Positions 16,284 through 24,825 of a DNA stretch of 32,000 bases are shown here, in pieces (positions within the stretch are counted from its first letter, which is position 1; each line of letters starts with the position of its first letter). The translations under genes and the position numbers were made by a program. The notes under the pieces are model-generated. The model saw only the letters and a program-made list of their open reading frames with translations, made no database searches and was not told the origin of the DNA. This DNA is from Longivirga aurantiaca (GTDB taxonomy: Bacteria > Actinomycetota > Actinomycetes > S36-B12 > CAIYMF01): NCBI RefSeq assembly GCF_042660085.1, contig NZ_JBHSTI010000008.1, positions 930,001-962,000 of the forward strand, read 5' to 3'.

Positions 16284-16937
16284 CTAGGAGGATTCCGTGA
16301 CTCCGTAGCCCTTCCCGCGCCTGTGCGGGGGCGCGGGCTCGGCGCGCTCGACCGGGCAGCGCGCATCCGGGCAGGCCAGCTCGTCGCACAGCCTGCACAT
16401 GTGCTCGCTCGTGAGCAGGTCGTCGGTGATCGCCTCGAGCATCGCGCCCGCAGCGTCGGCGAAGGCGAGCACCTGCTCGTCGTCGAGCGCACCGACGGCG
16501 CGCTCGAGGACGTCGCGCCGTGCAGCGAGGACGTCGAGGGCGGCTCCTTCGCCGGCGTCGGTCAGCGCGAGCAGCTTCGTGCGTCCGTCCTCCCCGGGGA
16601 TGCGCTCCACGAGGCCGTCGCGCTCGAGCCTGTCGACCAGCTGCACCGCACCGGGGTGGGTGATGCGCAGGCGCGCGGCCAGGAAGGCGATCGGCCGGTC
16701 GGGGTACCAGAGCAGGGTGACGAGGGCTGCGGGCGCGTTGGCGCCGTGCCGAGTCGCCCGCGCCGCGCCGATGTCCACCCGGTCGACGACGGTGAGGGCC
16801 AGCGTCCCGAGCACGTTGGCGGCGAACGCGCGGTCGGCGCCGGTACCTCGGCGGGGCGGGCGGGGTGCGTCGGCGGGGACGGCGATGCCGCCCTCGCCCC
16901 ACGCGCGAGCGGGCGGTTTCGTCGGACGGTGCCTCAT
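16284..16937 (-). CDS. MarR-family transcriptional regulator with a C-terminal C-x2-C-x5-C-x4-C tail
   Basis: The winged-helix core is LVTLLWYPDRPIAFLAARLRITHPGAVQLVDRLERDGLVERIPGEDGRTKLLALTDAG. The C-terminal extension reads HMCRLCDELACPDARCPV. Confidence 0.8.
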   Translation of the reverse strand: MRHRPTKPPARAWGEGGIAVPADAPRPPRRGTGADRAFAANVLGTLALTVVDRVDIGAARATRHGANAPAALVTLLWYPDRPIAFLAARLRITHPGAVQLVDRLERDGLVERIPGEDGRTKLLALTDAGEGAALDVLAARRDVLERAVGALDDEQVLAFADAAGAMLEAITDDLLTSEHMCRLCDELACPDARCPVERAEPAPPHRRGKGYGVTESS

Positions 16938-16950
16938 ATAAGCACCTTAT
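16938..16950. promoter_or_regulatory. AT-rich palindrome ATAAG-CAC-CTTAT abutting the marR start codon, candidate MarR operator
   Basis: It is the only AT-rich stretch in the 79-bp divergent region between marR and the saccharopine-dehydrogenase-family gene. The arms are 5 bp and perfect. Confidence 0.35.
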
Positions 16951-17016
16951 GCCTTACCGTGCGCAGAAGCAGGTCGCGACAGGATGGTCGTGGCCGAACC
17001 AGTGAAGGAATCTCCC

Positions 17017-18264
17017 ATGCGGGTCCTCTGCGTCGGCGCCGGCGGCGTCGGCTCGTCCGCCGCCCTGATCGCCGCACGTCGCGACTTCTTCGAGTCGTGG
17101 GTCGTGGCCGACTACGACCTCGACCGGGCCGAGGCCCTCGTCGCCCGGCTGGGCGACCCCCGCTTCGTGGCTGCACAGGTGGATGCCTCGGACGCGCACG
17201 CGGTGGCCGCGCTCGCGCGCGAGCACGGTGCCACGCACGTGCTCAACGCCGTCGACCCGCGCTTCGTGCTGTCGATCTTCGAGGGTGCCTTCCTCTCCGG
17301 CGCCGACTACCTCGACACGGCGATGAGCCTGTCGAGCCCGCACCCGGACAAGCCCTTCGAGCTGCCCGGCGTCAAGCTCGGCGACGGGCAGTTCGCCCAC
17401 GACGAATCGTGGCGCGCCAGCGGCCGCCTCGCTCTCGTGGGCATCGGCGTGGAGCCCGGCCTCGCCGACGTGTTCGCGCGCTACGCCGAGGACCACCTGT
17501 TCTCGGAGATCGACGAGCTCGGAGTCCGCGACGCAGGGAATCTCGTGATCGAGGGCTACGACTTCGCGCCGTCGTTCTCGATCTGGACGACGATCGAGGA
17601 GTGCCTCAACCCGCCGGTGATCTGGGAGAAGGACCGCGGGTGGTTCACCACCGCACCGTTCTCCGAGCCCGAGGTCTTCGACTTCCCGGGCGGGATCGGC
17701 CCGGTCGAGTGCGTGAACGTCGAGCACGAGGAGGTGCTCCTCATGCCGCGCTGGGTGAAGGCCCGCCGCGTGACGTTCAAGTTCGGCCTGGGCGACGAGT
17801 TCATCGACGTCCTCAAGACGCTGCACAAGCTCGGCCTCGACAGGACCGAGCCGGTGACCGTGCGCGGAGTACAGGTCTCGCCGCGCGACGTCGTCGCCGC
17901 TGCGCTGCCCGACCCGCTCACCCTGGGCGACAAGATGACCGGCTCCACGTGTGCCGGCCTCTGGGTCACCGGCACCGGCACGGACGGCCAGCCCCGCGAG
18001 GTGTACCTGTACCACGTGGCCGACAACGCCTGGACGATGAAGGAGTACGGCGCCCAGGCGGTCGTGTGGCAGACCGCGATGAACCCGGTCGTGGCGCTCG
18101 AGCTGCTCGCGGCCGGAGTCTGGTCGGGGGCGGGTGTCCTCGGCCCGGAGGCGTTCGACTCCGTGCCGTTCCTCGACCTGCTGCGCGACGGCTACGGCCA
18201 GGCGTGGGGCATCCAGGAGCGCGACCCGCGCACGCACGCCGTGCTGACGGACTCCCTCGCCTGA
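17017..18264 (+). CDS. Saccharopine dehydrogenase-family NAD(P)-binding protein
   Basis: 415 aa counted from ATG 17017, which follows AAGGAA. It has the Rossmann motif MRVLCVGAGGVGSS and family-typical segments YLDTAM, GIGVEPGLADVFARYAEDHLFSEIDEL and LPDPLTLGDKMTGSTCAG. Confidence 0.8.
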   Translation: MRVLCVGAGGVGSSAALIAARRDFFESWVVADYDLDRAEALVARLGDPRFVAAQVDASDAHAVAALAREHGATHVLNAVDPRFVLSIFEGAFLSGADYLDTAMSLSSPHPDKPFELPGVKLGDGQFAHDESWRASGRLALVGIGVEPGLADVFARYAEDHLFSEIDELGVRDAGNLVIEGYDFAPSFSIWTTIEECLNPPVIWEKDRGWFTTAPFSEPEVFDFPGGIGPVECVNVEHEEVLLMPRWVKARRVTFKFGLGDEFIDVLKTLHKLGLDRTEPVTVRGVQVSPRDVVAAALPDPLTLGDKMTGSTCAGLWVTGTGTDGQPREVYLYHVADNAWTMKEYGAQAVVWQTAMNPVVALELLAAGVWSGAGVLGPEAFDSVPFLDLLRDGYGQAWGIQERDPRTHAVLTDSLA

Positions 18265-18275
18265 TCCCTGCTCCC

Positions 18276-18311
18276 GAACGGGCCCCGCACCTGCCGGTGC
18301 GGGGCCCGTTC
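18276..18311 (+). terminator. Perfect 15-bp stem hairpin after the saccharopine-dehydrogenase-family gene
   Basis: GAACGGGCCCCGCAC (18276-18290), loop ctgccg, then GTGCGGGGCCCGTTC (18297-18311). It starts 12 nt after the stop. Confidence 0.7.
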
Positions 18312-18372
18312 GCACATCCGCCTGACAACCGCTGCCGAGGCGAGCCACTGTTCCTGCCATGGAGGTGGCGCG

Positions 18373-19395
18373 ATGAAGGTCCTTGTCACGGGCGGCACGG
18401 GGTTCCTGGGCTCCCACACGGTGGCGGCGCTGAAGGCGGCAGGCCATGACGTGCGCGTGCTGGCGCGCTCGCACGACCGCGTGGGGCCGGCGCTGAGGCT
18501 GCACGGGCTCGACGACGGGGCGGTGGAGGTCGCCCTCGGCGGCATGGGCGACGCAGGGCCCGTGCGCGAGGCGGTGCAGGGCTGCGACGCAGTGATCCAT
18601 GCCGCAGCCGTGTACTCCTACGACCCGCGCGATGCCGAGACGATGCGCCGGGGAAACGCGTCCGGCGCCCGCACGGTGCTCGAGTCGGCCCTCGACGCCG
18701 GGGTGCAGAGGGCTGTGCACGTCTCGAGCACGGTTGCGCTCGCCCGGATGACCAAGGATGCCCGCATCACGATCCGTGACGACGTCGGCGATCTCGAGGG
18801 TGTCTACGCGCGTAGCAAGCAGGAGAGCGACCGGGTCGTCCGCGCCCTGCAGGCCGCGGGTGCACCGGTCGTGCGCCTGCATCCGCCGGGGATCCTGGGT
18901 CCGCTCGACCCGCACCTCAACGAGACCAACAAGTCGCTGCGCAACCTGCTCCGCCGCACGCCGCCGGTGTTCGGCAGGGAGCGCTTCACGTACGCGGACG
19001 TGCGCGACTGCGCAGCCACCCTGGTGGCGCTCGCGGAGGGGAGGGGCGATGGCGAACCGGCGTGGTTCCCGCCCCTGAACGACGTCGATCCCGTGGCCGA
19101 GGCCGAGGCCGCGACGGGGCGGCAGCTGCGGGTGCTCCGTGTGGGCTCCGGCTTCCTCTACCGGGCCACGGTGCCGGCCAACGCCGTCATCGCCAGGCTG
19201 CCGCGCGGCGTCGAGGCGATCCAGGCCGACGGCGTCCTCATGTTCTCGCTGCGCAGCCGCTTCGAGGACGAGGGGGCCTACGAGCGGCTCGGGGTGACGC
19301 GGACGCCCGCTCGCACGATGTTCGCCGACACCGTCCGATGGCTGGTGGTGCAGGGCCAGATCACCCCGAAGCAGGCCGGCAGCGCGGCCGTCTGA
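18373..19395 (+). CDS. NAD-dependent epimerase/dehydratase-family (extended SDR) protein
   Basis: MKVLVTGGTGFLGSH is the TGxxGxxG motif, and a YARSK catalytic Y-x3-K is present. GGAGGTGG lies upstream of the ATG. Confidence 0.8.
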   Translation: MKVLVTGGTGFLGSHTVAALKAAGHDVRVLARSHDRVGPALRLHGLDDGAVEVALGGMGDAGPVREAVQGCDAVIHAAAVYSYDPRDAETMRRGNASGARTVLESALDAGVQRAVHVSSTVALARMTKDARITIRDDVGDLEGVYARSKQESDRVVRALQAAGAPVVRLHPPGILGPLDPHLNETNKSLRNLLRRTPPVFGRERFTYADVRDCAATLVALAEGRGDGEPAWFPPLNDVDPVAEAEAATGRQLRVLRVGSGFLYRATVPANAVIARLPRGVEAIQADGVLMFSLRSRFEDEGAYERLGVTRTPARTMFADTVRWLVVQGQITPKQAGSAAV

Positions 19396-19400
19396 CACGG

Positions 19401-19436
19401 CGACGGCTCCCCTCCCGATCGGGAGCGGAGCCGTCG
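19401..19436. terminator. Bidirectional hairpin between the convergent SDR and fasciclin genes
   Basis: CGACGGCTCC-c-CTCCC-gatc-GGGAG-c-GGAGCCGTCG forms a near-continuous 15-bp stem. Confidence 0.65.
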
Positions 19437-19461
19437 AACGTGAGCGGAGCGGTCGTGCGGG

Positions 19462-20034
19462 CTACAGGGCGGAGACGTCCACGTCGGCGGGCACGAGGAC
19501 CGCGTCGATCACGTGGATGACGCCGTTGGAGGCGGGGACGTCCGGCGTGACGACGGTGGCGCCGCCGACCTTGATGCCGCCGTCGGTGGTGATGGTGAGC
19601 TTGGAGCCCTCGACCGTGTCGACGTCGCCGGCGACGACGTCGCTCGACGGCACGTTCGCCGCGACGACGTGGAACGTCAGGATCTTGGCGAGCACGTCCT
19701 TGTTCTCGGGGAGGAGGAGCTTGTCGAGCAGGCCCGCGGGCAGTGCCGCGAAGGCCTCGTTGGTGGGTGCGAACACCGTGAACGGGCCGGTGCCGCTCAG
19801 CGTCTCGGCGAGGCCGGCGGCCTGGACCGCGGCGACCAGCGTGGAGAAGTCGGGGTTGCCGGCAGCGACCTCGACGATGGTGCCCGCAGCGGCCGGAGCC
19901 GACGCCTCGGCGGACGACGAGGTGGGCGCGGGGGCGCTGGACGTGGTCGCGCTGTCCGAGCTGCTGCCGCAGGCGGCGAGCGTCAGAGCGGCGATGCCGG
20001 CGACGGCAATGGTGGCGATCCGGGTGGTGCGCAT
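19462..20034 (-). CDS. Fasciclin (FAS1) domain lipoprotein, MPT70/MPT83-like
   Basis: The signal peptide has a lipobox (IAALTLAACGSS), followed by a Ser/Ala/Pro linker. The FAS1 domain reads DFSTLVAAVQAAGLAETLSGTGPFTVFAPTNEAFAALPAG..VLAKILTFHVV..NGVIHVIDAVLVP. GGAGGA lies upstream of the ATG. Confidence 0.85.
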   Translation of the reverse strand: MRTTRIATIAVAGIAALTLAACGSSSDSATTSSAPAPTSSSAEASAPAAAGTIVEVAAGNPDFSTLVAAVQAAGLAETLSGTGPFTVFAPTNEAFAALPAGLLDKLLLPENKDVLAKILTFHVVAANVPSSDVVAGDVDTVEGSKLTITTDGGIKVGGATVVTPDVPASNGVIHVIDAVLVPADVDVSAL

Positions 20035-20189
20035 GATGGTCCTCCGTGGTCGGCGGTGCCCTGAAGGGCTCGTCTACCTGCCCTTCTCGCCACGGGTGCG
20101 GCGTGGATGCCGGATCGGCTGAGGCCCATGTCACGTGCCGCGGCGCATCCGGACGGGCGCCGTCCGCGCAGCGGTCGCGGGCGTACGAC

Positions 20190-20225
20190 GAAGGCCCCCG
20201 GCCAGCAGAGCGGTCGGGGGCCTTC
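20190..20225 (-). terminator. Hairpin downstream of gabT (11-bp perfect stem)
   Basis: GAAGGCCCCCG (20190-20200) pairs with CGGGGGCCTTC (20215-20225). It lies 16 nt beyond the gabT stop. Confidence 0.6.
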
Positions 20226-20240
20226 GCCGTGCGCGGTGGA

Positions 20241-21593
20241 TCAGTGACCGGTGAGGGCCAGGAACTGCTCCTCGAGGACGGTGAGGGCCTCGTCGAGCAG
20301 GTGCGCCGGGATGGTGAGCGGCGGCAGGAAGCGCAGGACGTTGCCGTACGTGCCGGCGGTGAGGACCACGACGCCCTGGGCGTGGCAGGCCTTCGCGACG
20401 GCGGCGGTGAGCGCGGCGTCGGGCTCGTCGGTGCCCGGCTTCACGATCTCCACGGCGATCATGGCGCCGCGACCGCGGATCTCGCCGATGACGCCGGTCT
20501 TGTCGGCGATCGTCGACAGGCGCGGCCTCATGACGGCCTCGATCTCGCGCGCGGCCGCGTTGAGGTCGAGCTCCTCCATCGTCGCGATGGAGCCGAGTGC
20601 CGCGGCGCAGGCGACGGGGTTGCCGCCGTACGTGCCGCCGAGGCCGCCGACGTGCACGGAGTCCATGATCTCGGCGCGGCCGGTGACGCCCGCGAGCGGA
20701 AGGCCGCCCGCGATGCCCTTCGCCGTCGTGATGATGTCGGGGACGATGCCCTCGTGCTCGCTGGCGAACCACGCGCCGGTGCGGCAGAAGCCGCTCTGCA
20801 CCTCGTCCGCCACGAACACGATGCCGTTGGCGTTGGAGTACTCGACCAGCGCGGGCAGGAAGCCCTCGGCGGGCACGATGAAGCCGCCCTCGCCCGCGAT
20901 GGGCTCGATCACGATCGCTGCGACGTTGTCGGCGCCGATCTCCTTGTCGATGCGGCTGATCGCGTCGGCCGCGGCCTTCGCGCCGTCACGGCCGTCGTGG
21001 AAGGGGTACGACAGCGGCACGCGGTAGACCTCGGGGGCGAACGGCCCGAACGAGTTCTTGTACGGCATGTTCTTGGCCGTCATCGCCATCGTGAGGTTGG
21101 TACGGCCGTGGTAGCCGTGCTCGAACACGACCACGGCGTCGCGCTTGGTGTAGGCGCGCGCGATCTTGACGGCGTTCTCCACGGCCTCGGCACCCGTGTT
21201 GAACAGCGCGGAGCGCTTCTCGTGGTCGCCGGGCGTGAGGCGGTTGAGCGCCTCGCACACCTCGACGTAGCCCTCGTAGCTCGTGACCATGAAGCAGGTG
21301 TGCGTGAACTTCGCGACCTGCTCCTGGACGGCGGCGACGACCTTCGGCGCGGCGTTGCCGACGCTGGTGACGGCGATGCCTGAGCCGAGGTCGATGAGCG
21401 AGTTGCCGTCGATGTCGAGCAGCACGCCGCCGCCGGCGGCCTCGATGTAGATGGGCAGGGTGGCGCCGACGCCGGCGCTGACGGCCGAGACGCGACGGGC
21501 CTGGAGCTCGGCCGACTTCGGGCCGGGGATGGCGGTGACCAGGCGGCGCTCCTGGGGGAGGTCCGCGGCAAGAGGGGAGGTGGGGGTCGTCAT
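20241..21593 (-). CDS. gabT: 4-Aminobutyrate--2-oxoglutarate aminotransferase
   Basis: 450 aa, class-III PLP aminotransferase. Typical GabT segments: GSGIAVTSVGNAAPKVV, FEHGYHGRTNLTMAMT, EPIAGEGGFIVPAEGFL, FVADEVQSGFCRTG, TTAKGIAGGLPL (PLP lysine), GGTYGGNPVACAAAL. Confidence 0.92.
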   Translation of the reverse strand: MTTPTSPLAADLPQERRLVTAIPGPKSAELQARRVSAVSAGVGATLPIYIEAAGGGVLLDIDGNSLIDLGSGIAVTSVGNAAPKVVAAVQEQVAKFTHTCFMVTSYEGYVEVCEALNRLTPGDHEKRSALFNTGAEAVENAVKIARAYTKRDAVVVFEHGYHGRTNLTMAMTAKNMPYKNSFGPFAPEVYRVPLSYPFHDGRDGAKAAADAISRIDKEIGADNVAAIVIEPIAGEGGFIVPAEGFLPALVEYSNANGIVFVADEVQSGFCRTGAWFASEHEGIVPDIITTAKGIAGGLPLAGVTGRAEIMDSVHVGGLGGTYGGNPVACAAALGSIATMEELDLNAAAREIEAVMRPRLSTIADKTGVIGEIRGRGAMIAVEIVKPGTDEPDAALTAAVAKACHAQGVVVLTAGTYGNVLRFLPPLTIPAHLLDEALTVLEEQFLALTGH

Positions 21594-21629
21594 GGCGGAC
21601 AGGCTACGGCTCCAGGGCCGGGGAGGGAG

Positions 21630-21676
21630 GTGGACTTGTTGTCCACTGCTCGCTCTATCCTTGTCCAGCCCGGACA
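21630..21676. promoter_or_regulatory. Two palindromes sharing a TTGTCCA half-site in the gabT/pucR divergent region (candidate operator)
   Basis: The palindromes are GTGGAC-ttgtt-GTCCAC (21630-21646) and TGTCC-agccc-GGACA (21662-21676). TTGTCCA occurs at 21639 and 21661, which is 22 bp (about two helical turns) apart. Confidence 0.45.
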
Positions 21677-21703
21677 GCGTCGTACGGGCGCCCTGGAGGA
21701 ACC

Positions 21704-23230
21704 GTGCCGCCCCGTCTGCGTGACGTCGTCGCCCTGCCCGACCTCGGGCTCACCGTGTTCGCAGGTGCCTCCGCGCTCGACCACTCCGTGCGCTGGGTCG
21801 CCGTGAGCGAGCTCGAGGACCCGGGCCCGTTCCTCGAGGGTGGCGAGCTCGTCCTCACGACCGGCATGCGTCTGCCCACCCAGGCCGCCGACTGCTCGGC
21901 GTACGTGGCCCGCCTGGTGGCTGCCGACGCCGCGGCGCTCGGGCTCGGGGTCGGGCTCTCGCACGCCGAGGTGCCGGCCGCTCTCGTCGCCGCCGCCGAG
22001 GCGCAGGGGCTCCCGCTCGTGCGGGTGCCCGAGCAGACGCCGTTCATCGCGGTCACCAAGGCCATCTCGCGGCTGCTCGCCGCTGAGGAGTACGACGAGG
22101 CGGCGCGCGGGTTCACCGCCCAGCGCGAGCTCATCCGGTCCGCGCTCACGGCCGACGACGGCGGGCCCGCCGCCGTGGTGACGCGGCTCGCCAAGCACGT
22201 GGGCGGGTTCGCGCTGGTGCTCGACCCCGCGGGCAGCGTGGTCCATGCGAGCCCGGCATCCGCCGTCGCCCGAGCCACCGAGCTCGCCGGCGAGGTGGCC
22301 CGGCTGCGGCCGAAGGGCCTGCTCGCGTCGGCCGTGGTGTCGGGCGCGGACGAGTACGTGGTGCTTCAGCCGCTGGGCGTGCGCGGCAGGGCGCGCGGCT
22401 TCCTGGCCGTCGGCGCGCCTCGGCCGCTGTCGGCGAACGACCAGGCCGTGGTCAACCTGGCGGTGTCCCTGCTGTCGCTCGCGCTCGCGCGGTCGGAGGG
22501 GCGGACGGCGTCCGAGCGCGGTGTTCGTGCGGCCGCCGTACGCCTGCTGCTCGACGGGCACGCGCAGTCGCTGCCCCTCGACCAGCTGGGGTGGACGTCG
22601 CTGCGCGCCCGGCCGGTGCGCGTCGTCGTGGTGCGGGCGGCGGATGCGGATCCGGCCGCGCTCGCCGCCGCCGAGGAGCGGCTCGTCGAGGTGCTGCCCG
22701 GCAGCGCGGTCGCGGCGGGGCTCCTGCCGGACGACCCTGCGGTGGTGCTCGCGGTCGCGCCCGCCGCGGCGCTCGACGCCGCCGGAGCCGGCGGGCTCGC
22801 GGCGCCGGACGACGACCTGGTGCGCGCGGCCGGAGTCGGGGACGCGGCCGACGTCGACGATCCGGCGTCCCTCGGTCGCTCGCTGGCGCGGGCGCGCCGG
22901 GCGCTGGCTGCCGGCGCGGACGGCCTGCGCCGGTACGACGACCTCGGTGGCGGGCTCGAGGCGCTGCTCGACCCGGCGGCCGCCGACGCGTGGGCTGCGG
23001 CGCTGCTCGCCCCGCTCGACGAGCCGGGGGAGCGCGCCGACCTCGCCGCCACGCTGCACGCCTGGCTCGGCCGGCACGGCCAGGTCGACGCGGCCGCCGC
23101 CGACCTCGGCGTCCACCGCCACACCGTCCGGCACCGCCTGCGCCGCGCCGAGGCGCTTCTCGACCGCAGCCTCGACGACCCCGGCGTCCGCGCCGAGCTC
23201 TGGCTCGCCCTCACCCGTACGCCCACCTGA
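21704..23230 (+). CDS. PucR/CdaR-family transcriptional regulator (regulator 2, GabR-like position)
   Basis: 508 aa. The GTG start follows GGAGGA. The N-terminus LRDVVALPDLGLTVFAGASALDHSVRWVAVSELEDPGPFLEGGELVLTTG is PucR-like. The C-terminal HTH reads LAATLHAWLGRHGQVDAAAADLGVHRHTVRHRLRRAEALL. Confidence 0.85.
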   Translation: MPPRLRDVVALPDLGLTVFAGASALDHSVRWVAVSELEDPGPFLEGGELVLTTGMRLPTQAADCSAYVARLVAADAAALGLGVGLSHAEVPAALVAAAEAQGLPLVRVPEQTPFIAVTKAISRLLAAEEYDEAARGFTAQRELIRSALTADDGGPAAVVTRLAKHVGGFALVLDPAGSVVHASPASAVARATELAGEVARLRPKGLLASAVVSGADEYVVLQPLGVRGRARGFLAVGAPRPLSANDQAVVNLAVSLLSLALARSEGRTASERGVRAAAVRLLLDGHAQSLPLDQLGWTSLRARPVRVVVVRAADADPAALAAAEERLVEVLPGSAVAAGLLPDDPAVVLAVAPAAALDAAGAGGLAAPDDDLVRAAGVGDAADVDDPASLGRSLARARRALAAGADGLRRYDDLGGGLEALLDPAAADAWAAALLAPLDEPGERADLAATLHAWLGRHGQVDAAAADLGVHRHTVRHRLRRAEALLDRSLDDPGVRAELWLALTRTPT

Positions 23231-23316
23231 CCCGCTGTCCGGGACGGCGTGGCGGAGAGCCCTGGCTGTACGCAGTGGAGACCGGCAGCGTGCCGGGGCG
23301 CCGTACCGTCGTGACC

Positions 23317-24762
23317 ATGAGCGACGTCCTCTACCCCGCCTGGATCGCCGGCCGCCCCGTCACGACGGGCTCGACCGCCGAGGTGCTCCACCCCTACGAC
23401 GGCAGCGTCGTCGGCGCCCACGTGGTGCCGACCGCCGAGCAGGTGGAGGAGGCGCTCGCGGCCGCGTGGGCGGTGCGGCACGAGTTCGCCGCGACATCGG
23501 CGGCTGTGCGCGCCGACGCCCTGATGCACGTCTCCGCCCGCATCACCGAGCGGGCCGAGGAGATCGCGCGGCTCATCACCGCCGAGAACGGCAAGCCGAT
23601 CATGTGGGCGCGCGCCGAGGCCGCGCGTGCCGCCTCGACCTTCCGCTTCGCCGCCGAGGAGGCGCGCCGCTGGGGCGGCGAGATGCAGCGCCTCGACACC
23701 GACGCCGCCAGCGGCGGCCGGGCCGCGATCATCCGCCGGTTCCCGATCGGGCCGGTGCTCGGCATCTCGCCGTTCAACTTCCCGCTGAACCTCGTCGCGC
23801 ACAAGGTGGCCCCGGCCCTGGCCGTCGGCGCCCCGATCGTGCTGAAGCCCGCGCCCGCGACGCCGCTCTCGGCGCTGCTGCTCGGTGAGCTGCTGGCCGA
23901 GACCGACCTGCCCGCGGGCTCGTGGTCGGTGCTGGCGGTCGGCAACGACATCGCCCCGCTGCTCACCAACGACGAGCGGCTCCCGGTCGTCAGCTTCACC
24001 GGCTCGGAGACCGTCGGCTTCGCGATCCAGAAGGCCGTGCCGCACAAGCACGTCACGCTCGAGCTCGGTGGCAACGCCGCAGCCGTCGTATGCCCCGACT
24101 GGTCGAGCGACACCGACCTCGACTGGGCCGCCACCCGCGTCGCGACCTTCGCCAACTACCAGGGCGGGCAGGCGTGCGTCTCGGTGCAGCGCGTGCTGGT
24201 CGACACCTCGGTGTGGGACCGCTTCGTCCCGCAGCTCGTCGCCAAGGTCGAGGCGCTCCCGACCGGCTCGCCGTGGGACGACACGACCGTCGTCGGCCCG
24301 CTCGTCAACGAGGCCGCGGCGATCCGCGTGCAGGCATGGGTCGACGAGGCCGTCACGGCCGGGGCGACGCTGCTCGCCGGCGGCGTGCGCGATGGTGCGT
24401 CATACAGCCCGACAGTGCTCACCGACGTCCCGGCCGATGCCAAGGTGTCGTGCGAGGAGGTCTTCGGGCCCGTGCTCGTGGTGCAGCGGGTGGACGGCGT
24501 CGACGACGCGTTCGCCGTCGTGAACGACTCGCGCTTCGGCCTGCAGACCGGTGTCTTCACCCACGACCTGCAGGTGGCGTTCCGCGCGCACCGCGATCTC
24601 GAGGTGGGCGGCGTGATCGTCGGCGACGTGCCGTCGTACCGCGCCGACCAGATGCCGTACGGCGGGGTCAAGGCCTCGGGCGTCGGTCGCGAGGGCCTGC
24701 GCTCCGCCATGGACGACTACACGTACGAGCGCACCCTCGTCCTCACCGACATCGCGCTCTAG
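23317..24762 (+). CDS. NAD(P)-dependent aldehyde dehydrogenase, probable succinate-semialdehyde dehydrogenase (gabD-like by context)
   Basis: ALDH motifs are present: ISPFNFPLNLVAHKVAPALAVGAPIVLKPAPATP, SFTGSETVG, LELGGNAA, GGQACVSVQR (catalytic Cys), EEVFGPV. The substrate call rests on position next to gabT and PucR only. GTG 23290 is an alternative start. Confidence 0.75.
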   Translation: MSDVLYPAWIAGRPVTTGSTAEVLHPYDGSVVGAHVVPTAEQVEEALAAAWAVRHEFAATSAAVRADALMHVSARITERAEEIARLITAENGKPIMWARAEAARAASTFRFAAEEARRWGGEMQRLDTDAASGGRAAIIRRFPIGPVLGISPFNFPLNLVAHKVAPALAVGAPIVLKPAPATPLSALLLGELLAETDLPAGSWSVLAVGNDIAPLLTNDERLPVVSFTGSETVGFAIQKAVPHKHVTLELGGNAAAVVCPDWSSDTDLDWAATRVATFANYQGGQACVSVQRVLVDTSVWDRFVPQLVAKVEALPTGSPWDDTTVVGPLVNEAAAIRVQAWVDEAVTAGATLLAGGVRDGASYSPTVLTDVPADAKVSCEEVFGPVLVVQRVDGVDDAFAVVNDSRFGLQTGVFTHDLQVAFRAHRDLEVGGVIVGDVPSYRADQMPYGGVKASGVGREGLRSAMDDYTYERTLVLTDIAL

Positions 24763-24773
24763 TTCTTCCTCTC

Positions 24774-24810
24774 AGGACAGGACGCGCCCGTCACGGGCGC
24801 GTTCTGTCCT
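24774..24810. terminator. Bidirectional hairpin between the convergent aldehyde dehydrogenase and GNAT genes
   Basis: AGGACAGGACGCGCCC (24774-24789), loop gtcac, then GGGCGCGTTCTGTCCT (24795-24810). This is a 16-bp stem with one G-U pair. Confidence 0.65.
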
Positions 24811-24825
24811 CTCCTCCGCCTGCTG

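Noticed and set aside
14896-16902. 668-aa minus-strand ORF suggesting one large protein
   Set aside because: It is a read-through artefact. Residues from ATG 16185 are the genuine permease N-terminus. After about 15600 the frame yields Ser/Arg/Thr/Pro-rich sequence antisense to the VOC gene. The part upstream of 16185 overlaps the MarR gene out of frame.
19517-20122. 201-aa plus-strand ORF antisense to the fasciclin gene
   Set aside because: The minus-strand frame encodes a complete lipoprotein signal and a FAS1 domain. The plus-strand frame has no motifs or ribosome-binding site.
22591-23316. 5' extension of the aldehyde dehydrogenase ORF (track start 22591) overlapping the PucR gene
   Set aside because: The extension is Arg/Gly/Ala/Pro repeat-like sequence out of frame with a well-supported regulator. 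ALDH homology begins at MSDVLYPAWIAG.
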